Shown here piece after piece: positions 46,701 to 54,723 of a stretch of 64,000 bases of DNA; position 1 is the first letter of the stretch, and each line of letters starts with the position of its first letter. A program made the translations under genes and the position numbers. Source of the DNA: an uncultured Dorea sp. (GTDB lineage Bacteria > Bacillota > Clostridia > Lachnospirales > Lachnospiraceae); assembly GCA_910585725.1 (NCBI GenBank), contig CAJUFA010000010.1:21450-85449 (forward strand), written 5' to 3'. The notes beneath the pieces are model-generated. The model did not search any database. It had not been told where the DNA came from and saw nothing but the letters and a program-made list of their open reading frames with translations.

Positions 46701-47131
46701 TTGTGTTCCCCTACTATCTGAAATATAAGGAAGAGTGGTTAAGGGAACTGCAGCTCTATGATAAAGTCATGGTTTCGTACCAGGCAAGACCGGGAAGCAG
46801 AGTGACGCTGTATTATAAGATGAAACACGGAATTCGCGATGAATTGGGGTATCAGAACGAGGTTATGATGCCTGTATATGAGAATCTATATGTAAGACAG
46901 TTTGTGCTGTATAATGATGAGTCTATCAATTATTATTTCATTGAGACCAGGGGAAAAGAGGATATTATAACGGAGAAAGAGATCCTGAAGAACGAAAGAG
47001 AAGTGACGGAGTCGGGCAAATACGGACGCCTGAACCGTATGGCGGATATGGCGACTATTTCACGTAAGAAAGCGATGATGGAATATAAAGAAGAGGAGAT
47101 TATGGCGAAAAGACTTTTTAAGGTCTATTAG
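43778..47131 (+). CDS. very large (~1118 aa) hypothetical protein: N-terminal beta-sandwich-like domains + long helical-repeat body
   Basis: Long uninterrupted ORF with host-like composition. The start is ambiguous. ATG 43778 lies ~7 nt after the -10 box and would be leaderless; ATG 43796 has only a weak SD; the TTG at 43742 overlaps the promoter and is rejected. Confidence 0.75.
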   Translation: MNARQGMSVNKQRKKQVSDLKNKIQKFSKGDFQLSQPDVIFDETNLVLIIGEGEVYRGNFTIKAEGGRKVRGLVYSSSFRVHFRNSGFDGNPAKVEFTYDGKGLRPGHVEDGIFTVVCNGGEYELSVTAIIEKPYVMTSYGKVQSTDDFRKLAIKDFSEAGRLFRSREFYEILKYENERIFYLYDNMRKWFLGDQALEEFLVGIKQKECLFLTLPGEGMLFEDLAESTKGTLTIVKNTWGFMPIHIEPEGKFLKVQRSEISTEDFIGNAYEIEYVVRPEFLHGGRNFGALRFITPYETLTYEIEVLQNQKEYSENRRMPELLVAQILKEYIGYVAGRIELDNWMESAVEKMISLRKLNPQSEMYQLMQAHVYLVGNRTEEAKWILENYNYNRFAIGKDPMTNCYYLYLTALVRGKKNHSERVLDEVGKTYMRHQDSWLLLSMLLDLDSRYKTPYKRIELLEQQYQYEMHGVLFYLEAYQCYQERPTLLKKLGRFEIQVLNFASKYRLMTKELALYVANFASQQKQYSDSMFRILDRIYKIYDEPMILNTICTLLIRGNKVQKRYFVWYQRAVEAELKIAQLYEYYMMTVDEESVKGPLPKVILLYFMHGNSLNYKKAALLYANLAIYEEQAGDLYLNYREQMVAFTWDQLMKRHITESLRVLYKRFCKPEEMSADRMEAMRDICYSYMVSTKAVNMKCVLVIEKDGEIRQRVPYDGEEGTVIRLYDKESRVVWESVEGRHYTDSIVYETRRLFYEPRFVELCRKYAATTGVWEQENEKEKPTFDGVKEKGINAFDEKDVFRLCSRKIRDDNYEEDEFLSYLSFELFKRQQFDKVTLMYLANYYCGPTKNMKMLWKVLKENEIPAYKISERIITQMLFSENLLQEECIFEDYYRSDNVYFRLKQAYLAYVSREYVVCARDLESVVFDIVASECDEKEDLPDICKIALLKYYSDHDYTAALEVVLHQVLREMCEKQIVFPYYLKYKEEWLRELQLYDKVMVSYQARPGSRVTLYYKMKHGIRDELGYQNEVMMPVYENLYVRQFVLYNDESINYYFIETRGKEDIITEKEILKNEREVTESGKYGRLNRMADMATISRKKAMMEYKEEEIMAKRLFKVY

Positions 47132-47151
47132 TATGAGAGGAGGGGAGGATA

Positions 47152-48435
47152 ATGAAGAAAGACGTAATTCTGGGTTATGATCTGAATGAGAAGTATTGTC
47201 AGATCAGTTTCTACGACGAGACGAAGGAAGAACCAGAGACGATGGAGACAGAGACAGATAATTATCAGATTCCCCTGATGCTGGGTTATTATAAAGAAAA
47301 ATGGGTTTACGGAAAAGAGGCAAAGAGGCTGGCCGCTCTTCAGGAAGGTATCACTGTGACGGATATTTTTGAAAAGGCTGTCCGGCAGGAGAAGGTAAAA
47401 GTCGGCGCAAGAAAACGTGACGGGGTCTGGCTGCTGGCCAAATTTATTAAATTGACGCTTGAGGAGTTTGAGGAGATAAGCTTTATTACGTTTTCCGTAC
47501 CTTATACGAATATTGATATGTCTAAGATGTTAAAAGGGATTGGCCATTATCTTGGAATACCGAAGGAGCGGGTCTGTGTCCAGGACTATAAAGAAAGCTT
47601 CTGTCAGTATATGTTCTATCAACCAAAGGAATTGTGGCAATATGAATCCGCGCTGTTTTATTGCGACGCCCAGGAGATCCGGGCTTATATGCTGAGAAGA
47701 CTGAATACGATCGGCGTGAAGGAGCGGGAATTATTCGTGACGGTGGAAGAGGTTGCAAACGCGCAGATGAGAGAATTGGCGGCGATCTATCCGATCTTGA
47801 ATAAGGATCAGGAGCAGGATGCGGACGACAGGTTCAAGACTTTTATACAGAGTGTCTTCGAGAAAAAGGTGGTTTCTTCGGTGTATCTGACCGGAGAAGG
47901 ATTTGAAAATAACTGGTATCCCAATTCATTAAAAGTGCTGTGTAACGGAAGACGGGCGTTTATCGGCAATAACCTGTACAGCAAAGGCGCGTGCTATACT
48001 TCTATAGGAAAATGTAAGGAATATCATGACAGCCCTGTTTATCTGGACGAAACGAAGATGACGGAGCAGATCTGTCTGCGTATGCGGGTCAACGGACAGG
48101 AAGGTTGGTATCCGATCGTATCATGGGGAACCCATTGGTATGAGGCGGACGGACAGTGGGAAGTTATCCTTGAGGATACTTCGGATATAGAGGTTCATGT
48201 AGAGACGCTGGCGGGAGAGGAACTCCAGGTGGAGAAGGTGTCTCTTGAAGGGCTTCCGGACAGGAGAGACTATTCCCTGCGGGTACAGATTGAAGTTCTG
48301 TTCGTGGATGAGAAAACCTGCAGGCTTTCGTTCAGGGACGTGGGATTCGGTGAGTTCTTCCCGGCGACAGGATTTCATGTGGAGAAGATAATTCATTTAG
48401 GAGGAAGCAATGGGCAGTTTAATTCTATGTCATAG
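47152..48435 (+). CDS. divergent Hsp70/actin-fold protein (NBD + beta-sandwich SBD, no helical lid) with degenerate nucleotide-binding loops
   Basis: Collinear by eye with DnaK: [62 protein letters not shown], and C-terminal [25 protein letters not shown]. Strong SD GGAGGGGAGG. Confidence 0.7.
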   Translation: [427 protein letters not shown]

Positions 48436-49192
48436 AAAAAGAGCAAGACAGCCTTATGTGATAGCCAGAATCCATATGCGAGTCTATACGATAGAAGAAT
48501 TGTGTTATTATATATGCAATAATCTCTATCTGATTGATTACACTCTGGTGAACAGGCAGTTATGCAACTGGATCGACAAAGAGTTGGAATTGTCGGAACT
48601 TGCGGAGCAGCTCAGGGAAGAACTGCGGCAGAATTGTACGATGGAACAGTTTGTACTGACGATATTGAGAGAATCCACAATCTACGCTTCGGGTGATATC
48701 AATAAGATACAGGGGATCCTGGAGCACCTGCAGAATCTGCGGGATGTGGAGCGCATGAAGTACAAGGCGGACAGTCTGCAGAGAAGCGGGGAATATGAGA
48801 CGGCGATATTGGTCTATCAGTCTATTATTAACAGTGAGTGGGACAATTCGGTGAGTAAGTTGTTCTATGGAAGAGTCTACGCGAGCCTGGGGGCGGCGTA
48901 CGGACAGCGATTTCTCTATGAAGAGGCGGCAAGGGTATATCTGGAGGCGTATCGTATCTGCGGAGATATGGAACTTCTGAGGACGTATCTGTATTGCTGT
49001 TACCGCGCGCTGCCGGAGGATCAGTATGTAAAGATGCTGTCGGGTAATTCGACGTTCCTGAATATGGATTCGGCCATGAAGGAGGATATCCGGGAGATTC
49101 AGAGGGGCATTGACGTGGACATACCGGAGGAGCAGTTTGAACAATGGAAGAAGGAATACCGTAAGATCAATAAGAGCCGTATTGCGGGGTAA
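48410..49192 (+). CDS. TPR-like helical hypothetical protein
   Basis: 260 aa. GGAGGA SD, and a 26-nt overlap with the upstream gene. Helix pairs resemble TPR (GEYETAILVYQSII and SLGAAYGQRFLYEEAARVYLEAYRI). Confidence 0.65.
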   Translation: MGSLILCHRKRARQPYVIARIHMRVYTIEELCYYICNNLYLIDYTLVNRQLCNWIDKELELSELAEQLREELRQNCTMEQFVLTILRESTIYASGDINKIQGILEHLQNLRDVERMKYKADSLQRSGEYETAILVYQSIINSEWDNSVSKLFYGRVYASLGAAYGQRFLYEEAARVYLEAYRICGDMELLRTYLYCCYRALPEDQYVKMLSGNSTFLNMDSAMKEDIREIQRGIDVDIPEEQFEQWKKEYRKINKSRIAG

Positions 49193-49204
49193 GATGAACG
49201 CCGG

Positions 49205-49233
49205 AATACCAGGATCAGACGTCTGGTATTTGC
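49205..49233 (+). terminator. weak stem-loop after the three-gene module
   Basis: AATACCAG-N10-CTGGTATT followed by TGC. The U-tract is poor. Confidence 0.35.
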
Positions 49234-49269
49234 AGAAGTCAATGAAAGAAGAAAAGGAGAGGAAGATAT

Positions 49270-50703
49270 ATGAGTTACGATAAGTATAACAGTCCGCTTT
49301 CGGAGCGGTACGCGAGCAAGGAGATGCAGTATGTATTTTCACCGGATAAGAAATTCAAGACCTGGAGAAAGTTATGGATTGCCCTCGCGGAGACAGAGAA
49401 AGAGTTAGGGCTTGGGATTACGGACGAGCAGATCGAAGAATTAAAAGCACATGCAGAGGATATTAACTACGAAACGGCGAAAGAGAGAGAGAAGATCGTA
49501 CGCCATGACGTGATGTCCCATGTGTACGCGTATGGGGAGCAGTGTCCCAAGGCCAAGGGAATTATCCATCTAGGAGCAACTTCCTGCTATGTGGGAGATA
49601 ATACGGATATGATCATCATGTCCGAGGCTCTTGAGATTGTAAGAAAGAAACTGGTGAATGTAATCTCTGAGCTTGCGAAATTTGCCGATGAATATAAGGA
49701 ACTTCCGACTCTTGCCTTTACGCACTTTCAACCGGCGCAGCCGACGACCGTGGGGAAGAGGGCGACTCTCTGGATGCAGGAATTCGCTATGGATCTGGAG
49801 GATCTGGAGTATGTGAAGGGAACTCTTAAACTTCTTGGCTCGAAGGGGACGACAGGAACCCAGGCAAGTTTCCTGGAACTTTTTGAAGGAGATCAGGAGA
49901 CGATTGATAAGATTGATCCGATGATCGCCAGGAAGATGGGATTTGAGACTTGCTATCCGGTATCCGGACAGACATATTCACGGAAAGTGGACGCCAGGGT
50001 CTTGAATGTATTGGCGGGAATTGCGGCAAGCGCCCATAAGTTCTCCAACGACATCCGTCTGCTCCAGCATCTGAAGGAGGTAGAGGAGCCGTTTGAGAAG
50101 ACCCAGATCGGTTCTTCCGCTATGGCGTATAAGAGAAATCCTATGAGAAGCGAGAGAATCGCGTCTCTTTCCAGATATGTAATGATCGACGCGCTGAATC
50201 CGGCGGTGACTTCAGCGACACAGTGGTTTGAGCGTACGCTTGATGATTCGGCGAACAAACGTTTAAGCGTGCCGGAGGGATTTCTTGCGGTTGACGGGAT
50301 TCTGGATCTGTGCCTGAATGTTGTGGACGGACTTGTAGTGTATCCGAAGGTGATTGAGAAGCGATTGATGTCAGAGCTTCCGTTCATGGCGACGGAGAAT
50401 ATCATGATGGATGCGGTAAAGGCCGGCGGAGACCGTCAGGAGCTTCATGAGAGGATTCGTGAGTTGTCTATGGAAGCGGGAAGGAATGTAAAGGAGAAAG
50501 GATTGGATAATAATCTCCTTGAGCTTATCGCCGCCGACCCGGCGTTCAATCTGACGCTGGACGAGCTAAAACAAACTATGGATCCGGCAAAATATACAGG
50601 ACGCGCGTCCATCCAGGTGGAGGCATATCTTAGAGATGTGATCCGTCCCCTTCTTGAAAAGAATGAAGACGTACTTGGGATGAAAGCGGAGATTCATGTG
50701 TAA
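49270..50703 (+). CDS. purB: adenylosuccinate lyase
   Basis: 477 aa with the fumarate-lyase signature GSSAMAYKRNP, and N-terminal SPLSERYASKEM typical of PurB. Confidence 0.9.
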   Translation: MSYDKYNSPLSERYASKEMQYVFSPDKKFKTWRKLWIALAETEKELGLGITDEQIEELKAHAEDINYETAKEREKIVRHDVMSHVYAYGEQCPKAKGIIHLGATSCYVGDNTDMIIMSEALEIVRKKLVNVISELAKFADEYKELPTLAFTHFQPAQPTTVGKRATLWMQEFAMDLEDLEYVKGTLKLLGSKGTTGTQASFLELFEGDQETIDKIDPMIARKMGFETCYPVSGQTYSRKVDARVLNVLAGIAASAHKFSNDIRLLQHLKEVEEPFEKTQIGSSAMAYKRNPMRSERIASLSRYVMIDALNPAVTSATQWFERTLDDSANKRLSVPEGFLAVDGILDLCLNVVDGLVVYPKVIEKRLMSELPFMATENIMMDAVKAGGDRQELHERIRELSMEAGRNVKEKGLDNNLLELIAADPAFNLTLDELKQTMDPAKYTGRASIQVEAYLRDVIRPLLEKNEDVLGMKAEIHV

Positions 50704-50714
50704 TAAAAGGCAAA

Positions 50715-50752
50715 AGCGATTGCGGATGATAAATGTGTCATCCGCAATCGCT
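50715..50752. terminator. bidirectional terminator between purB and azlD
   Basis: Perfect 15-bp stem AGCGATTGCGGATGA / TCATCCGCAATCGCT with an 8-nt loop and an A-run upstream. Confidence 0.8.
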
Positions 50753-50791
50753 GCATAGTCTTTGACTTCAGTTGAATATTCTTAAAGATAT

Positions 50792-51127
50792 CTATCTGAA
50801 TATAGGAAAAGAAAGAAAGTATGTAACGAACGCCTCGCAGAAGAATACGACTGCACAGCAAAGCGCGGCGATTCCAACCATATTGACTTTGCGCCATGCC
50901 GCGATTATTCCGGCAATAAACGCAAGAATTCCGGCAATCGGTATCTGAGGGGCGGTAAGGATAGCCGGGAACGTCATGACCGCAAGCGTCACATAGGGTA
51001 CGTAATATAAGAAGGAACGTATAAAGCGGTTTTTGATTTTTCCCCGGATCAGAGTGAGCGGAAGCACGCGGATCAAAAAAGATACGGCGGCAGCCGTCAA
51101 TATATAAAGATAGATATTGTGAGTCAT
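50792..51127 (-). CDS. azlD: AzlD-family branched-chain amino acid transport protein
   Basis: 111-aa hydrophobic protein overlapping the 3' end of the azlC-like gene by 4 nt. Confidence 0.7.
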   Translation of the reverse strand: MTHNIYLYILTAAAVSFLIRVLPLTLIRGKIKNRFIRSFLYYVPYVTLAVMTFPAILTAPQIPIAGILAFIAGIIAAWRKVNMVGIAALCCAVVFFCEAFVTYFLSFPIFR

Positions 51128-51876
51128 TGTGCTGCCACCTCCTGGTTTTCATTCGGCAATGAAGCGTCTTCCGGGTCTTCCTTAACCGGGAAAAAGAACG
51201 CGGCGATTCCTGAGATCAGTATGGTAAGAAAGCTGATCTTCAGACTATCCGACAAAGCGGCAAGCGACGGAATCTTTGAGACCAGGAAGCTTACCAGGAA
51301 GCTTGCGGTTACTACGCCGCCTACGATTTTATCTGTGTGCGCGGCGGGGATAATAACGGCGAGGAACATACCGTAGAGCGCGACGCTTAGGGCGCTGACT
51401 GCGGCTGTCGGCAGGATATTGCCGGCGATGATCCCCATAGCGGTGCCGGCGGCCCAGCTTGGGAGGGCGATTGCCATGGCTCCGTAATTATAGCAGGGAT
51501 TTAAGCTGCCTGCGCGGGCGATGCTGATTCCGAAGATCTCGTCTGTGATTCCAAAGCCGACGAGAAGGCGGTGGAACAGAGATGTGTCTGGCGAGAACTT
51601 TTGGCTTAAGGCGCAGCTCATCAGCAGATAGCGGATATTGGTTACGAGGATGACGAACGCCATCTCGAAATAGGGAGCATTTGCCATGATTACTGTGAAT
51701 TCAGCATATTCCCCGGCGGAAGCATGGTTAAGTATACTGGATAAAAAGCCCTGGAAAGGATTCAGGCCGGCGTTTCTCGCTACAATACCAAGAGAAAATG
51801 CGACGGCAAAATATCCCAGCGCAATAGGGAATCCGTCGTGGATTCCATTTTTTAATGCATTTCTATTACGATTCAT
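51124..51876 (-). CDS. azlC: AzlC-family branched-chain amino acid transporter subunit
   Basis: 250-aa polytopic membrane protein with AzlC-like N-terminus (GIHDGFPIALGYFAVAFSLGI), paired with azlD. Confidence 0.7.
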   Translation of the reverse strand: MNRNRNALKNGIHDGFPIALGYFAVAFSLGIVARNAGLNPFQGFLSSILNHASAGEYAEFTVIMANAPYFEMAFVILVTNIRYLLMSCALSQKFSPDTSLFHRLLVGFGITDEIFGISIARAGSLNPCYNYGAMAIALPSWAAGTAMGIIAGNILPTAAVSALSVALYGMFLAVIIPAAHTDKIVGGVVTASFLVSFLVSKIPSLAALSDSLKISFLTILISGIAAFFFPVKEDPEDASLPNENQEVAAQ

Positions 51877-52055
51877 CTATAGTCTCCGAATAATTATCTT
51901 TTGATTGATTTTCAGTATATCACTTGGTATTAAAAATCTCAACAATTCTTAGCTTAGATTAAAATTTTTTTTGTTTTTTTGTAACAAAATAGTAAAAAGG
52001 GAGTCTACTTAACAGAAAACATAAAAGAGACGGAAACGAAAAGGAGGTGGGATGC

Positions 52056-52565
52056 ATGGAGTTTGAGGATATATATAAGAGATATTACAAAGACGTATAT
52101 TATTTTCTGTTGTCTATGAGTAGTAATCCGGAACTTTCGGAAGAACTGACTCAGGAAACGTTCTACAGAGCATTTAAGAACATACACAAGTTTAAAGGAA
52201 AATGTAAACTTAATTCATGGCTTTGTCAGATCGGCAAAAACACGTATCTGTCCTGGGTAAAGAAGCAGAAGCATCTGACTGACATTTCGTCGGAAGCAGA
52301 AGATTCTGCCGGAGCAGGAGTGAAACAAGGGGATGGCAGAAACGCTCCGGAGACGCTGTGTATCCGCAAGGAAGAGGCGTTATCTGTCTACAAGGTGCTG
52401 CATCTTCTGCAGGAGCCTTATAAGGAGGTGTTTACCCTAAAGACATTAGGCGAGTTATCCTACAAAGAGATCGGCGAGATCTTCGAGAAGGGAGAAGGAT
52501 GGGCCAGGGTGACTTACCATCGGGCAAAGTTAAAGATTCAGGAAAGAATAAAGGAGGTGCCATAA
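52056..52565 (+). CDS. ECF-type sigma-70 family factor
   Basis: Region 2 (ELTQETFYRAF) and region 4 (LSYKEIGEIFEKGEGWARVTYHRAKLKI). ATG follows AAGGAGG. Confidence 0.8.
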   Translation: MEFEDIYKRYYKDVYYFLLSMSSNPELSEELTQETFYRAFKNIHKFKGKCKLNSWLCQIGKNTYLSWVKKQKHLTDISSEAEDSAGAGVKQGDGRNAPETLCIRKEEALSVYKVLHLLQEPYKEVFTLKTLGELSYKEIGEIFEKGEGWARVTYHRAKLKIQERIKEVP

Positions 52566-53476
52566 TGAAGAAAGAATGTGCAGTCGTACAGGATCTATTG
52601 GTTCTTTATGAAGACGATGTATTGAAGGAAGAGAGCAGGAGGATGGTGGAAGAGCATATACAGGGCTGTGAGGAATGTATGCAGGTATATGAAAATGCAG
52701 GGAAAGAGCTTCCGGCTATGGAGGCTGTATCCGGATCCTCCAGGGAAGAGCAGGAAACCGCGGCAAATCAGGTTATGAAAAGATTGATGAAGATGAGCAG
52801 TCAAAGGATTGTCGGGGGTCTGCTTCTGATTGTTCTGATCATTCTGATCATCATCACAGTGGGAGGAAATATCTACGACAACGTGACGGAAACAAATTGG
52901 GGCCTTTCCGCCGTCTACCTGCTGCCGACGGAAGATATTTCTGTAGAGGAACTCTATACCTTGAAAAGCGGAGATATTTATTGCAGATTGAAGTCCGATA
53001 AGAAAGTGAACGCATGGCAGTTCATGGACTGGGGAACGCCGGAAGGAAAGCTGCTTGAGAGTACTGACGACGCTGTAAAAGAATTGAGGATTCGAGAGGC
53101 GGAGCCATGGGAAAGAAAAAATTGCGACGCTTATGATTCAGTGTTCATATTTACGCTGGAGCGGCATGGAACTTCTGAAAAAGACGGATCTTCGATTGTT
53201 CAGAGATGCAGGGAAATTAATATATACGGTAAGACGAAGAAGGATAAACTGACGATCTGGGAGAAAGGACAGATAGTGAAGGAAGCCCCGGAAGAAGTTG
53301 AAAAAGAGGCAATTCAGAAGTATGTTGAAAACGGCCAGATGGCAAAAGCAGTCCGGGAATGTGAAATGATGGGATGGGATGATTATGAGGAGATATTCGA
53401 AGGATTCTATAGTTCGGTGATTCAGGGCGACGAGGGAGAAGGAGTATTTGAACTGGAGGGAGGTTCAGTAATGTAG
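52565..53476 (+). CDS. anti-sigma factor (zf-HC2 type) with one TM helix and an extracytoplasmic domain
   Basis: The start overlaps the sigma stop by 1 nt. HxxxCxxC motif (EEHIQGCEECMQVY) and TM helix GGLLLIVLIILIIITV. Confidence 0.7.
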   Translation: MKKECAVVQDLLVLYEDDVLKEESRRMVEEHIQGCEECMQVYENAGKELPAMEAVSGSSREEQETAANQVMKRLMKMSSQRIVGGLLLIVLIILIIITVGGNIYDNVTETNWGLSAVYLLPTEDISVEELYTLKSGDIYCRLKSDKKVNAWQFMDWGTPEGKLLESTDDAVKELRIREAEPWERKNCDAYDSVFIFTLERHGTSEKDGSSIVQRCREINIYGKTKKDKLTIWEKGQIVKEAPEEVEKEAIQKYVENGQMAKAVRECEMMGWDDYEEIFEGFYSSVIQGDEGEGVFELEGGSVM

Positions 53477-53589
53477 CCTTTTGTGCAAAATTATTGATTG
53501 TTGCGTATCGAGTGTATATAATAATAGAATGCGGATGTGAATAACTATGTCTGATAACCGGGCAGAGGAAGATAAGGAGTGGGGCGCAG

Positions 53590-54663
53590 ATGAAATTAAT
53601 GAAGACAGAAGATGCGGAAGGACAGGTATTATGCCACGACGTTACGCAGATTATCAGGGGAGAGACCAAAGACGCGGTATTCCGAAAAGGTCATATCATA
53701 CAGAAAGAGGACATTCCGGCGCTCTTAAGTATCGGCAAAGACCATATCTATATCTGGGAGAATCATGAGAATATGCTGCATGAGAACGAGGCGGCGCAGA
53801 TTCTCTGTGATATCTGTAAGAATGATTATATGAGGTCGACGAAGGTCAAGGAAGGAAAGATAGAGTTGATTGCAGAGTGCGACGGATTATTAAAGATCGA
53901 CCGGGAAAAATTAAATCAGATCAATTCGCTGGGTGAGATGATGATTGCCAGCCGCCATGGAAATTTTCCGGTGAAAAAGGGGGATAAGTTAGCCGGTACG
54001 AGAATTATTCCGCTGATGATCGAGAAGGAAAAGATGGAGCGGGCGAAGGAAGCCGGCGGCGGAGAGCCGATCTTTACGATTCTTCCGTTTCAGAAGAAGA
54101 AAGTTGGTATCGTCATTACAGGAAATGAAGTGTTTCACGGACGGATTCAGGATACGTTTACTCCGGTAATCCTGGAAAAGCTCTCGGAGTACGAGGCAGA
54201 CATTGTCGGGCATGAAGTCGTCGACGATGAGCAAGAGCGTATTGCCGGGTGTATCAGGAAATTAATCAGGAAGGGGGCGGATCTTATTATATGTACGGGC
54301 GGGATGAGCGTGGACCCGGATGACAGGACGCCGTCTGCCATCCGTAATTCGGGAGCCGACGTGGTTGCATACGGGGCGCCGGTACTTCCGGGCGCCATGT
54401 TTCTTCTGGCGTATTATGCGGTAAGACATGTCGTGTTGCCGGCCGAAGGGAGTAGATCCGGAGGGGAATGCAGTCATAAGATTCCTGTTATGGGACTTCC
54501 GGGATGCGTTATGTACGCGAAGCGTACGATTTTTGATCTGGTGCTGCCAAGAGTGATGGCAGGAGAGATACTTGAGAAAAAGGAGCTGGACGTCTTAGGC
54601 GAAGGAGGTCTGTGTCTGTCTTGTCCGGTTTGTACGTTTCCTGACTGCGGGTTCGGTAAATGA
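53590..54663 (+). CDS. molybdopterin-binding (MoCF_biosynth domain) protein
   Basis: ICTGGMSVDPDDRTPSAI is a MoaB/MogA-like fold motif. C-terminal Cys cluster CLSCPVCTFPDCG. Sits at the head of the Moco cluster. Confidence 0.65.
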   Translation: MKLMKTEDAEGQVLCHDVTQIIRGETKDAVFRKGHIIQKEDIPALLSIGKDHIYIWENHENMLHENEAAQILCDICKNDYMRSTKVKEGKIELIAECDGLLKIDREKLNQINSLGEMMIASRHGNFPVKKGDKLAGTRIIPLMIEKEKMERAKEAGGGEPIFTILPFQKKKVGIVITGNEVFHGRIQDTFTPVILEKLSEYEADIVGHEVVDDEQERIAGCIRKLIRKGADLIICTGGMSVDPDDRTPSAIRNSGADVVAYGAPVLPGAMFLLAYYAVRHVVLPAEGSRSGGECSHKIPVMGLPGCVMYAKRTIFDLVLPRVMAGEILEKKELDVLGEGGLCLSCPVCTFPDCGFGK

Positions 54664-54723
54664 TGGTCTTTGAGAATTGCGCGGGGATAGGACAAACCAT
54701 ATTAGATGTAATTCCGGAGGCAG

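Noticed and set aside
53477-53589. I looked for a Moco riboswitch upstream of the molybdenum genes, here and at 63585-63681.
   Set aside because: The leaders are short (about 100 nt), and I could not find the paired GC-rich conserved blocks expected of the Moco RNA motif. A covariance-model search (Rfam Moco_RNA_motif) would settle this.
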